Shown in pieces: positions 1 to 8,553 of a stretch of DNA of 56,404 nucleotides; position 1 is the stretch's first letter, and the number at the start of each line of letters is the position of its first letter. The stretch is taken from the NCBI GenBank assembly GCA_031394045.1, contig JANMWN010000092.1, forward strand, positions 1 through 56,404, in the 5' to 3' direction. Source of the DNA: Sporichthyaceae bacterium. GTDB lineage: Bacteria; Actinomycetota; Actinomycetes; Prado026. The position numbers and the translations under genes were made by a program. The notes under the pieces were generated by a model. The model was not told where the DNA came from. It did no database searches and worked only from the letters and a program-made list of their open reading frames with translations.

Positions 1-121
1 CCCGCAGGTGGTCGGCACCAAGGCAGTCGCCGGCACCCGGCGGCCGTCGAACCCCCGGGCCCCGCTCGGGGGGGACGGGGCTTTCGACTGCCTTCGATGC
101 GTACGCGTGGCTGGGACGCCG

Positions 122-568
122 TCAGGAAGCGACGACGTCCAGCGCGATCCGAGCAGCGACCTCCGGGTGCAGCCGGATGGTCACCGCGTGCGAACCCACG
201 GTCTTGATCTGGCCGGGGAGCTCGATCCGGCGCTTGTCGATGTCCGGGCCGCCGGAGGCCTTGACGGCCGCGGCGACGTCGGACAGCGTGATCGACCCGA
301 AGAGCCGGCCGCCGGCACCCGCACGCGCGGGCACCTTGACGACGAGCTTCTCGAGCTGGCCCTTGATCTCCTGGGCGTGGCCGAGGTCGCGCACGTCGCG
401 GACCTCGCGGGCCCGCTTGATCGTCACGATCTGCTTCTCGGCGCCACGGGTCCACCCCATGGCGAACCCGCGTGGGACGAGGTAGTTGCGGCCGTAGCCG
501 TCCTTGACCTCGACGACGTCGCCAGGGCCACCGAGCCCGGCGACCTCCTGGGTGAGGATGAGCTTCAT
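122..568 (-). CDS. rplI: 50S ribosomal protein L9
   Basis: 148-aa product MKLILTQEVAGLGGPGDVVEVKDGYGRNYL... is a full-length L9. ATG at 568..566. Trimmed from over-extended ORF 122..1270. Last gene of the rpsF-ssb-rpsR-rplI operon. Confidence 0.95.
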   Translation of the reverse strand: MKLILTQEVAGLGGPGDVVEVKDGYGRNYLVPRGFAMGWTRGAEKQIVTIKRAREVRDVRDLGHAQEIKGQLEKLVVKVPARAGAGGRLFGSITLSDVAAAVKASGGPDIDKRRIELPGQIKTVGSHAVTIRLHPEVAARIALDVVAS

Positions 569-581
569 CTGTGCCTCTCCC

Positions 582-818
582 TCAGCGCGCAGTGCTGGTG
601 TAGGGCAGCAGCGCCATCTCACGAGCGTTCTTGACCGCCTTGGCGATCTCGCGCTGCTGCTGGACCGAGACCCCGGTGACCCGGCGGGCCCGGATCTTGC
701 CGCGGTCGGAGATGAACTTGCGGAGCAGCGCAGTGTCCTTGTAGTCGACGTACGTGACCTTTGCAGCCTTGAGCGGGTTGGCCTTCTTCTTGGGCTTCCG
801 CACTGGAATCTTCGCCAT
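582..818 (-). CDS. rpsR: 30S ribosomal protein S18
   Basis: 78 aa, [17 protein letters not shown]..., with the typical S18 core [27 protein letters not shown] at 818. Confidence 0.95.
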   Translation of the reverse strand: MAKIPVRKPKKKANPLKAAKVTYVDYKDTALLRKFISDRGKIRARRVTGVSVQQQREIAKAVKNAREMALLPYTSTAR

Positions 819-861
819 GTGGTCTGTCCTTCGAGTCTTGTGACGTCAGTCGTGTGAAGTC

Positions 862-1410
862 TTAGAAGGGTGGCTCGTCGAAGGACGCGGGAGCAGCAGC
901 GCCGCCCCAGCCCCCGGACGAGCTCGAACCGGCAGAGCTGCCGCCGGCACTCGAGCCGGACGTGGCCCACGGGTCCTCGGCCGGAGGCACGTCGCCACCG
1001 CCGGAGGGGCCGAAACCGCCACCACCAGAACCGCCGGAACCGCGCGAGACCTTGGTGACCTTGGCCGTGGCGTAGCGCAGGGCGGGACCGACGTCGTCGA
1101 CCTCGACCTCGTAGACCGTGCGCTTCTCGCCTTCCTTGGTCTCGTACGACCGCTGCTTGAGCCGGCCGTTGACGATGACCCGCATCCCACGCTGGAGGGA
1201 CTCGGCGACATTCTCGGCGTACTGGCGCCACACGTTGCAGCGCAGGAACGTCGTGTCGCCGTCCTTCCACTCGTTGGTCTGCTTGTCCATCACGCGCGAG
1301 CTCGAGGCCACGGTGAAGGACGCGACCGCGGCACCGCTGGGGGTGAACCGCAGCTCGGGGTCCCCGGTGAGGTTGCCGATGATGGTGATCAGGATGTCGC
1401 CCTGGGCCAT
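862..1410 (-). CDS. ssb: single-stranded DNA-binding protein
   Basis: 182 aa. OB-fold N-terminus ([15 protein letters not shown]), Gly/Ser-rich linker and acidic C-terminal tip FDEPPF. Sits between rpsF and rpsR. Confidence 0.95.
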   Translation of the reverse strand: MAQGDILITIIGNLTGDPELRFTPSGAAVASFTVASSSRVMDKQTNEWKDGDTTFLRCNVWRQYAENVAESLQRGMRVIVNGRLKQRSYETKEGEKRTVYEVEVDDVGPALRYATAKVTKVSRGSGGSGGGGFGPSGGGDVPPAEDPWATSGSSAGGSSAGSSSSGGWGGAAAPASFDEPPF

Positions 1411-1415
1411 GGCCG

Positions 1416-1706
1416 CTACCTCAGATCCGGACGGATGACCTTGGTGCGCAGCACAGCCTCGTTGAGGTTGAGCTGCCGGTCGAGCTCCTTGACGGTCGCG
1501 GGCTCGGCCGTGAGGTCGACGACGGCGTAGATGCCTTCGGTCTTCTTGGCGATCTCGAAGGCCAGCCGGCGGCGGCCCCAGATGTCGACCTTCTCCACGC
1601 TGCCGCCGCCCTGACGGACGACGTTGAGGAACTGGTCGATGCTGGGGGCGACGGTGCGCTCTTCGAGCTCAGGATCGAGGATGATCATCAGTTCGTAACG
1701 ACGCAT
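1416..1706 (-). CDS. rpsF: 30S ribosomal protein S6
   Basis: 96 aa, [19 protein letters not shown].... ATG 1706..1704 is preceded by AAGGAGG. Trimmed from ORF 1416..1940. Confidence 0.95.
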   Translation of the reverse strand: MRRYELMIILDPELEERTVAPSIDQFLNVVRQGGGSVEKVDIWGRRRLAFEIAKKTEGIYAVVDLTAEPATVKELDRQLNLNEAVLRTKVIRPDLR

Positions 1707-1765
1707 GCGAGCAACCCACCTCCTTTGGACTAGGCGGCCACGGTCTCTCCGTGGCAGGAGGGTGA
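1707..1765 (-). promoter_or_regulatory. structured rpsF 5' leader (hairpin flanked by anti-SD/SD pairing)
   Basis: Perfect 7-bp hairpin, gccacgg(1737..1743)/ccgtggc(1749..1755). On the mRNA, CCUCCU (complement of plus 1756..1761) can pair with the SD AGGAGG (complement of plus 1719..1724). Confidence 0.35.
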
Positions 1766-1882
1766 ACAGAGCGTCTGTGCTGAGCTGTGCTTTGCGCATC
1801 GCTCCGGCGACTGGGCGCCGAGGCAACCTGCCGAGAGTACCGGCCCCCTCCCGCAGCGCCCTAATCGCCGTATGGTCGGGCC

Positions 1883-2674
1883 ATGACCGCGCTGAGCATC
1901 GGGGCCCACGTCGACCCGCTCGACCCGATCTCCGAGGCACGCGCCCGCGGCACGGACGTCGTCCAGATCTTCCTCGGCGACCCCCAGGACTGGCGCGCGC
2001 CCAAGCTCGCCTACGCCGGTGGCGCCGCAGGCCTGCGCTCCGACGCCGCGGCAGCCGGCCTCACCGTGTACGTGCACTCCCCGTACACGATCAACGTGGC
2101 AACCTCGAACAACCGGATCCGGATCCCCTCGCGCAAGCTGCTGCAGCAGAACGTGGACCTGGCGGCCGAGATCGGGGCGGCCGGCGTCGTCGTGCACGGC
2201 GGGCACGTGCTGGCCGCCGACGACCCAGCGGTCGGCTTCGACAACTGGCGCAAGACCTTCGAGCGGCTCGACCAGAAGGTGCCCGTACTCATCGAGAACA
2301 CCGCAGGCGGCGACCAGGCGATGGCCCGCCGCCTCGAAGCCATCGGCCGGCTCTGGGACGCGCTGTCCGGCCACGACGTCGGCTTCTGCCTGGATACCTG
2401 CCACGCCTGGGCCGGGGGCATCGACCTGCCCACCGCCGTCGACCAGGTCAAGGCGATCACCGGACGGATCGACCTCGTGCACGCCAACGACAGCAAGGAC
2501 GGGTTCGACTCGGGGCGCGACCGGCACGACAACTTCGGGGCCGGGAGCATCGACCCGGCCGAGCTCGTAGCGGTGATCGCCTCGGCGGGCGCGCCGGTCA
2601 TCTGCGAGACCCCTGGCGGGGCGCAGAGCCAGGCCGCGGACATCGCGTTCCTCCGCGAACGCCTCCCGCGCTGA
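1883..2674 (+). CDS. nfo: deoxyribonuclease IV (endonuclease IV, AP endonuclease family 2)
   Basis: 263 aa, collinear with mycobacterial End/Nfo as I remember it. Motifs: [50 protein letters not shown]. Confidence 0.9.
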   Translation: MTALSIGAHVDPLDPISEARARGTDVVQIFLGDPQDWRAPKLAYAGGAAGLRSDAAAAGLTVYVHSPYTINVATSNNRIRIPSRKLLQQNVDLAAEIGAAGVVVHGGHVLAADDPAVGFDNWRKTFERLDQKVPVLIENTAGGDQAMARRLEAIGRLWDALSGHDVGFCLDTCHAWAGGIDLPTAVDQVKAITGRIDLVHANDSKDGFDSGRDRHDNFGAGSIDPAELVAVIASAGAPVICETPGGAQSQAADIAFLRERLPR

Positions 2675-2715
2675 CAACGACGACGGTTGTGGGCAGTAGA
2701 TCAAACGAGATGTCG
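2675..2715 (+). repeat. 41-nt intergenic element, copy A (partner at 56250..56290 in inverted orientation)
   Basis: caacgacgacggttgtgggcagtagatcaaacgagatgtcg. Near-identical to the reverse complement of 56250..56290. Starts directly after the nfo stop. Confidence 0.8.
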
Positions 2716-2742
2716 AGTGGAGCGGGTCGTAGGCTGATCCCC

Positions 2743-3855
2743 ATGCCGCTCGAGGTCCGACCGCTGTCGGTGGCCGACCATCTCGCGTTCGTGCAGACCC
2801 AGTCCGGCAGCTTCCTGCAGACGCCCTCGTGGGCCGGGGTCAAGGCCGAGTGGGGCTCCGAGCGACTCGGCTGGTACGACGGCGGGCGGCTCGTGGGCGC
2901 CGGCCTGGTCCTGCTGCGGCAGACGCCGAAGGTCAAGCGCTACCTCGCGTACCTGCCCGAGGGGCCGGTCCTCGACTGGGTCGCCTACCCTGCGGCCGAC
3001 GTGACCGCCCCGATGCTCGAGCACCTGCGCAGCCGTCGGGTGTTCACGGTCAAGATGGGGCCACAGGTGATCGCCCGCCGCTGGCAGGCCGAGACGATCA
3101 AGGCGGCGATCGCCGCGGGGGCCAAGGGTCGGCTCGGCGACCTCCCGGCCGACGAGGTGGTCGCAGGCGCCACGGCGCTCGCCGAAGGGCTGCGCGCGGC
3201 CGGCTGGGAGCAGAACCCCGACACCGGCGCGGGCTTCGGCGACTTCCAGCCGCGCTACGTCTTCCAGGTGCCGCTCGCCGGCCGTTCGGAGGCGGACCTG
3301 CTCGGCGGCTTCAACCAGCAGTGGCGGCGCAACATCAAGAAGGCCGACAAGGCCGGCGTCGTCGTCGAGCAGGGCGGCTACGAGGACCTGCCGGACTTCC
3401 ACGCGCTGTACGTCGAGACGGCCCACCGGGACGGGTTCACCCCCCGCGCCCTGCACTACTTCCAGCGCATGTGGGAGGCGATGCGGGCCGAGGACGCCGA
3501 CCGGATCCGGCTCTACCTCGCCCACCGCGACGGTGCGCTCCTGGCAGCGACCACCTGGGTACGCGTCGGCGGCCACGTCTGGTACTCGTACGGTGCCTCG
3601 AGCACCGACGGCCGCGAATACCGGCCGAGCAACGCCGTCCAGTGGCGCATGATCGCCGATGCCGCCGCGGCCGGCGCCACCGTCTACGACCTGCGCGGGA
3701 TCTCGGACACCCTCGACGCCGACGACCACCTGTTCGGCCTGATCCAGTTCAAGCTGGGCACGGGGGGCGAGGCGGTCGAGTACCTCGGCGAGTGGGACTA
3801 CCCGCTCTCGCCGTTCCTCCACAAGGCTTTCCGGCTCTACCTGGCGAGGCGCTGA
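2743..3855 (+). CDS. FemAB/FemX-family peptidoglycan interpeptide-bridge aminoacyltransferase
   Basis: 370 aa, MPLEVRPLSVADHLAFVQTQSGSFLQTPSWAGVKAEW...YLAYLPEGPV, FemAB family. ATG 2743 is preferred over in-frame ATG 2710. Codons 2710..2742 have poor GC3 and lie inside a repeat that is non-coding at its second locus. ORF 1705..3855 is an over-extension. Confidence 0.8.
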   Translation: MPLEVRPLSVADHLAFVQTQSGSFLQTPSWAGVKAEWGSERLGWYDGGRLVGAGLVLLRQTPKVKRYLAYLPEGPVLDWVAYPAADVTAPMLEHLRSRRVFTVKMGPQVIARRWQAETIKAAIAAGAKGRLGDLPADEVVAGATALAEGLRAAGWEQNPDTGAGFGDFQPRYVFQVPLAGRSEADLLGGFNQQWRRNIKKADKAGVVVEQGGYEDLPDFHALYVETAHRDGFTPRALHYFQRMWEAMRAEDADRIRLYLAHRDGALLAATTWVRVGGHVWYSYGASSTDGREYRPSNAVQWRMIADAAAAGATVYDLRGISDTLDADDHLFGLIQFKLGTGGEAVEYLGEWDYPLSPFLHKAFRLYLARR

Positions 3856-4904
3856 TGACCTTCACGCTGTACGTCGACGGCCGGCGCTGGCGGGCCCATA
3901 CCGACCAGGTGCTCGCCGGTACGCCGGGGCTGGTCCCGGTGATCAAGGGCAACGGGTACGGGTACGGCGCCGACCTGCTCGCCGCCGAGGCGTCCCGGCT
4001 GGGCGTCCAGACGGTGGCGGTGGGGGAGCCGCACGAAGTGGCCGCCGTCCGGGCCGGCTTCGCCGGGGACATCGCCGTGCTGCGCGCGCACCTGCCCGGC
4101 GTCGACGGGGTCCCCGAGCCGGACGACCGCGTGATCCGTACCGCCGCCACGCTGGACGGCCTGCGCGCGTTGGCCGGGCACCGGGTCGTCGTCGAGCTGC
4201 TCACCTCGATGCAGCGCTTCGGTCTCGAGGAGCCCGAGCTCGCGCAGGTGGGCGGGCTGCTGGCCGATGCCCGCCTCGAGGGGTTCGCGCTGCACCTGCC
4301 CATGGTCGGCTCGGGTCGGCCCGCCGAGGTCGAGGCTGCCCTGAACCTGCTCGAACGCACGGGGCTCACCAGGGTGGCGGCGGCGGGCCCGAGCCCGGCG
4401 ACGATCTGGGTCAGCCACCTGACCGAGGCCGAGCTCGCCGCGCTGACGGCCCGGCACCCGGACGTCAGCCTGCGCGCCAGGGTGGGCACCCGGCTCTGGC
4501 TCGGCGACCGTGCCGCGGCGCAGGCAAAGGGCACCGTGCTCGCCGTGCACCGGCTGGCGAGGGGTCAGCGGTACGGGTACCGCCAGCACAAGGCGCCGCG
4601 CGCGGGCCACCTGATCGTCGTCGGCGGAGGTACCGCGCACGGGGTCGCCCTGTCCGCGCCGAGCCCGGCCGGCAGCATCGGGCAGCGGGCCAAGATCGTG
4701 GCGACCGGGGGGCTTGAGGCGCTCGGCCGCTCGCTGTCCCCGTTCCACGTGCAGGGCGCCCAGCGCTGGTTCGCCGAGCCCCCGCACATGCAGGTCTCGA
4801 TGATCTGGCTACCGGACGGGGTCGCCGTCCCCGCCGTCGGCGCCGAGCTCGACACCGACGTGCGGATGACCACCGCCAGCTTCGACCGCGTCGTCCTCGA
4901 CTGA
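3855..4904 (+). CDS. alanine racemase-like PLP enzyme (divergent)
   Basis: 349 aa. N-terminal alanine-racemase-type motif PVIKGNGYGYG (PLP lysine). The C-terminal region carries RYGY but not the usual GYADG. ATG 3855 overlaps the preceding stop (TGATG). Confidence 0.7.
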   Translation: MTFTLYVDGRRWRAHTDQVLAGTPGLVPVIKGNGYGYGADLLAAEASRLGVQTVAVGEPHEVAAVRAGFAGDIAVLRAHLPGVDGVPEPDDRVIRTAATLDGLRALAGHRVVVELLTSMQRFGLEEPELAQVGGLLADARLEGFALHLPMVGSGRPAEVEAALNLLERTGLTRVAAAGPSPATIWVSHLTEAELAALTARHPDVSLRARVGTRLWLGDRAAAQAKGTVLAVHRLARGQRYGYRQHKAPRAGHLIVVGGGTAHGVALSAPSPAGSIGQRAKIVATGGLEALGRSLSPFHVQGAQRWFAEPPHMQVSMIWLPDGVAVPAVGAELDTDVRMTTASFDRVVLD

Positions 4905-6359
4905 GTCGCCTGAGTCGCCTGAGGCGACTGACTCGCCCGAGTCGACTGAGTCGCCTGAGCTGCCGCCACGTCGCTGCCACCCGCCCTGGGTCATCCACGA
5001 CGGCCAGCGGTCGGGCGCGCGGTCGAGCACACCCCCGCCCGGGTCGTCGGAGCCGTCGGCCCGGATCGGGTCGTACGAGGGCAGGAAGATGTCGCGGACG
5101 ATGAGGCCGCAGATCCACAGGGTGGCCGCGATCCGCAGGAACGTCGCCCCGTTGTGCGTCCACTCCGGCACGTTGGCCACGTCGGGGTAGGTGAGCCCCT
5201 GCAGGTGCCACCAGACGGCCACGAAGTAGATCACCTCGGCGCCCTGCCAGATCAGCAGGTCGCGCCAGCGCGGCCGCGCCAGCGGGAACAGCGCGAGCAT
5301 CCACAGCACGTACTGGGGCGAGTAGACCTTGTTGGTCATCGCGAAGGCCGCCACGGCGAGGAACGCGAGCTGACCCACCCGGGGCCGCCTCGGTGCGAAG
5401 ACGGCCACCGCGGCGATGCCGAGGCACAGCAGCAGGAACGACCCGCCGGATACGACGTTGAGCGAGTCGGGCGCGATGCCCCAGCCCGACCGCGTGAGGG
5501 CGTACCAGGGCGAGCCGAAGCTCTCGCCGCGCTCGCGGGAGAAGAGGTAGAAGCGCGCCCAGCCGTGCGGGTGGGTCAGCATGATCGGCAGGTTGACGAG
5601 CAGCCAGGCGGCGAGGCCGGCGCCGAGCATCCGCCCGAAGGCGCGCAGCTGTCCCGCGCGCAGGCAGAGCAGGAACATCGGCCCGATCAGGACGAGCGGG
5701 TAGAACTTGGCCGCGACCGCCAGGCCCAGGAGTGCACCGGCGAGCGCGGGTCTTCGCCTCGCCCAGGCCAGCCCGAACGCGGCCGTCAGCGAGACCGCGA
5801 ACATGTCCCAGTTGATGTACGCGGTCAGCAGCAGGCCCGGAGCGAGCGCGAACAGCGCCGCGTCCCACGGGCGCCGGCCCGCTGTCTTCGCGATCAGCAC
5901 CGTCGTGGCCAGCGCGCAGGCCACCAGCATGAGCAACGTGACGTCGAAGAAGGTGCGGCTGCGGCCGATGTCGTCGCCGTCGGCGTCGATCCAGTTGGTC
6001 ACCAGCGCGGCGGCCGACATGAAGCCGCCGGTGAGGACGGGGTACTCCAGGGGCGTCTCACCCGTGCCGGCGTACGGCGAGGTGTTGTCCATCAGGCCGG
6101 GGCGGCTGCGGTAGAGGAAGCCGATGTCGGAGTAGCACAGGTCCGGGTAGATGTTGTCCGTGGTCCAGGCGCTCGCCCGGCAGGGTTGCTTCTGCAGGAG
6201 CCCGAGCGCGCAGACGATGGCGGTGAGGATCAGCAGCACCGAGACCACCCGGCGAGGGTTGTGCCGGACCCGGATCCCGGCCGGCCCGCCGAGCCCCTCG
6301 CTCGCGGCGCGCACGACGAGGTCATCCCTCGACGGGAGGATCACGTCGGTCACGATCAC
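4809..6359 (-). CDS. polytopic membrane glycosyltransferase, GT87/DUF2029-like
   Basis: 516 aa with many TM helices. Position equivalent to M. tuberculosis Rv0051 next to ponA1. ATG 6359 overlaps the PBP stop (ATGA). The acidic Ser/Asp-rich C-terminal tail overlaps the 3' end of 3855..4904 by 96 nt. Confidence 0.75.
   Translation of the reverse strand: MIVTDVILPSRDDLVVRAASEGLGGPAGIRVRHNPRRVVSVLLILTAIVCALGLLQKQPCRASAWTTDNIYPDLCYSDIGFLYRSRPGLMDNTSPYAGTGETPLEYPVLTGGFMSAAALVTNWIDADGDDIGRSRTFFDVTLLMLVACALATTVLIAKTAGRRPWDAALFALAPGLLLTAYINWDMFAVSLTAAFGLAWARRRPALAGALLGLAVAAKFYPLVLIGPMFLLCLRAGQLRAFGRMLGAGLAAWLLVNLPIMLTHPHGWARFYLFSRERGESFGSPWYALTRSGWGIAPDSLNVVSGGSFLLLCLGIAAVAVFAPRRPRVGQLAFLAVAAFAMTNKVYSPQYVLWMLALFPLARPRWRDLLIWQGAEVIYFVAVWWHLQGLTYPDVANVPEWTHNGATFLRIAATLWICGLIVRDIFLPSYDPIRADGSDDPGGGVLDRAPDRWPSWMTQGGWQRRGGSSGDSVDSGESVASGDSGDSVEDDAVEAGGGHPHVGVELGADGGDGDPVR
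4903..4934. terminator. hairpin cluster at the convergent junction
   Basis: Perfect 7-bp stem agtcgcc(4913..4919)/ggcgact(4923..4929) with outer gagtc(4903..4907)/gactc(4930..4934). A self-complementary agtcgact follows at 4940..4947. Confidence 0.3.
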
Positions 6360-8524
6360 CTCGATCCGGCGGCTCCTGGGCGACGGTCGCCAGGCCCCAG
6401 GATGCCAGCCTGCACCTGTGCAGCCTGGCCAGGCGTGAGAGGCGCGCCGGGCGCGATCGGCGGGGAGGGAATCGGCGACGTCGTCGCGGTGGGCGTCGGT
6501 GCCGGTGTCGTGGTGCCCGACGGGGTCGGCGTCGGAGAGGGACTCGGCGACCCGCTCGGCGTGGGCGTCGGGCTCAGGGTCGGGGACGGCGTGATCGTCG
6601 GGCTCGGCGAGGCGGTCGGGATCCCGGCCGGGAGCGGCGGGAAGGCCACCACTGGCATCCCCTTGACCGCAACCTTCATGTACTCGGTCCAGATCGTGGC
6701 CGGGAAGCTGCCGCCGTTGACCCGGGACAGGCCCCCGACCCCGTTCATCGACTTGCGGGTCTTGCCGTCCGGCTCGGTACGGAACAGCACCACCGAGGTC
6801 GACAGCTGCGGGGTGTACCCGACGAACCAGGCCGACAGGTTGCTGTCCGTCGTACCGGTCTTGCCGGCGACCGGCCGGCCGACCTGGCGGGCCTTGGTAC
6901 CCGTACCGCTGGTCACGACCTTGGCCAGCGCGTAGTCGACCTGGGACACGATGTCCGAGGAGATCGTGCCGGTCGACTTCGGCGTCAGCTCGTAGAGCAG
7001 CCCGTTGTTGGACCCGATGATCTTGGCGATCGAGGTCGGCACGGTCTGCAGTCCACCGGCGGCGAAGGTGCCGTACGCGCTGGCCATGTCCAGAGCGGTG
7101 GGCGAGGCCACGCCCAGCGTCGCGCTCAGCACCGGGTCGATGACGACGTCGCTGGGGATGCCGGCCCGGCGCGCGGCGTCGACGACCTTGGCAGCACCGA
7201 CGTCCGGCTGGTTCTCGACGTCCATGAACACGGTGTTGACCGAGTCCTCGGTGGCCTGCAGCAACGAGATCCGGCGATAGCTGCGGCCGTCCTCGTTGGG
7301 GATGGGCTTGGTCTTCGAGCCGTTGACGTCGGTGAAGACGCGCCCGCTCCTGCCGTCCCAGGTGGAGTCCAGCGTGATGCCGTTCTCCAGCGCCGCGACG
7401 AGGGTGAAGGCCTTGAAGGTCGACCCTGCCTGGGCGATGCTCTGGGTCGCGTCGTTGATGTACTGCGGGTTGCCATAGTCGGGGCCTCCGTACATCGCGA
7501 CGATCCCGCCGGTCACCGGGTCGACCGAGGCCAGCCCGACGCGTACGCCGACCGAGTTCTGCTTCGGGCGGTAGTCCCGGACCGCGGCGATGGCCGCCGC
7601 CTCGGCCGACTTACTGAACGTGGTCACGATGCGCAGGCCCCGGCGGTTGATGTCGTCGTCGGAGTAGCCCCGGCTGGCGAGCTCGGCCTGCACGTACGCG
7701 GTGAGGTAGCCCTGCGGACCAGCCGCGACGGTGCTGCGGGACTGGAACTTCCTCGGGAAGACCTGCGCCGCGCGGTCGGCCGGCGTCATCCAGCCCTGCG
7801 AGACCTCGCCGTCCAGGACGAAGTTCCAGCGGGCCGTGAGCTTGTCGAGGTGGGTGGTCGGGGAGTAGCCGCCGGGGGACCGGATGACCGAGGCAAGGAC
7901 CGCTGCCTGCGACGGGGTGAGCGCGCTGGCCGTCGTCCCGAAGTATGCCCGCGCCGCAGCCTGGACGCCGTAGGCGCCGCGGCCGAAGTAGATGGTGTTG
8001 AGGTAGTCGGTGAGGATCTCGTCCTTGGACAGTGCCTGGTCGATCTTGATGGAGACGATGAACTCGTTGACCTTGCGGCTGATCGTGCGGTCCTGGGTCA
8101 GGTAGTAGTTCTTGACCAGCTGCTGGGTGATCGTCGACCCGCCCTGGAGCGAGCCGCCGGCCAGGTCGTTCCAGGCGGCCCGCGCGATGCCCGTCACCGA
8201 GATGCCACCCTCGTCGTAGAACTTGCGGTCCTCGGCCGCCATCACGGCGTACCGGAGCGTCTGCGGGATCTGGTCGAACGGGACGATCGTCCGGTTGGCC
8301 TCGCCGAACCGGCCCAGCTCGGACTTGCCGTCGGAGTAGTACAGGATCGTGCTCTGCGCGAGCGCCTCGTCGTTGGGCTTGGGTACGTCGATCACGGCGT
8401 ACAGCACGACGAAGGTCGCCACCACCGCGAACGTGCCGAGGACGAAGGCCAGCAGCCACTGCCGCCACGAGGGCAGGAAGTGCCGCACGCCGGTCTTCCC
8501 GCGACGCGGGTAGTCGATCCTCAA
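6356..8524 (-). CDS. ponA: class A penicillin-binding protein (transglycosylase/transpeptidase)
   Basis: GT51 motifs EDRKFYDEGG, GGSTITQQL, RKVNE. Transpeptidase motifs STFK and KTGT. Pro/Thr/Ser-rich C-terminal tail. There is no ATG downstream of the DUF5318 stop, so the start is assigned to TTG 8524 (GAGAG 7 nt upstream). GTG 8488 is an alternative. Confidence 0.85.
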   Translation of the reverse strand: MRIDYPRRGKTGVRHFLPSWRQWLLAFVLGTFAVVATFVVLYAVIDVPKPNDEALAQSTILYYSDGKSELGRFGEANRTIVPFDQIPQTLRYAVMAAEDRKFYDEGGISVTGIARAAWNDLAGGSLQGGSTITQQLVKNYYLTQDRTISRKVNEFIVSIKIDQALSKDEILTDYLNTIYFGRGAYGVQAAARAYFGTTASALTPSQAAVLASVIRSPGGYSPTTHLDKLTARWNFVLDGEVSQGWMTPADRAAQVFPRKFQSRSTVAAGPQGYLTAYVQAELASRGYSDDDINRRGLRIVTTFSKSAEAAAIAAVRDYRPKQNSVGVRVGLASVDPVTGGIVAMYGGPDYGNPQYINDATQSIAQAGSTFKAFTLVAALENGITLDSTWDGRSGRVFTDVNGSKTKPIPNEDGRSYRRISLLQATEDSVNTVFMDVENQPDVGAAKVVDAARRAGIPSDVVIDPVLSATLGVASPTALDMASAYGTFAAGGLQTVPTSIAKIIGSNNGLLYELTPKSTGTISSDIVSQVDYALAKVVTSGTGTKARQVGRPVAGKTGTTDSNLSAWFVGYTPQLSTSVVLFRTEPDGKTRKSMNGVGGLSRVNGGSFPATIWTEYMKVAVKGMPVVAFPPLPAGIPTASPSPTITPSPTLSPTPTPSGSPSPSPTPTPSGTTTPAPTPTATTSPIPSPPIAPGAPLTPGQAAQVQAGILGPGDRRPGAAGSR

Positions 8525-8553
8525 GGGTTCACTCTCTGTAGGGGAGATGTGGG

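Noticed and set aside
52-72. Hairpin cccccg-N9-cggggg downstream of rplI as its terminator.
   Set aside because: It is only a 6-bp GC stem with a 9-nt loop and no U-tract. That is indistinguishable from background in this G+C context.
8-1270. ORF 8..634 (+) and the 382-aa extension of ORF 122..1270 (-).
   Set aside because: The first is antisense to rplI. The second is an out-of-operon upstream extension running across rpsR and ssb in another frame. The true L9 starts at ATG 568.
1705-2742. N-terminal 346-codon extension of ORF 1705..3855, and analogous upstream extensions of 24810..27782, 16492..18516, 16402..18498, 6356..9019, 13698..15266, 37613..39244 and 2829..4904.
   Set aside because: The extensions overlap other confident genes, have Arg/Pro-rich nonsense composition, and lie upstream of internal starts that align with the family N-termini. 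All were trimmed.
4902-4955. Short tandem repeats (here and at 33357..33392, 43347..43382 and 52917..53008) as possible CRISPR or VNTR arrays.
   Set aside because: The units are 9-18 bp with no spacers. All are in frame inside coding low-complexity regions. There are no cas genes.
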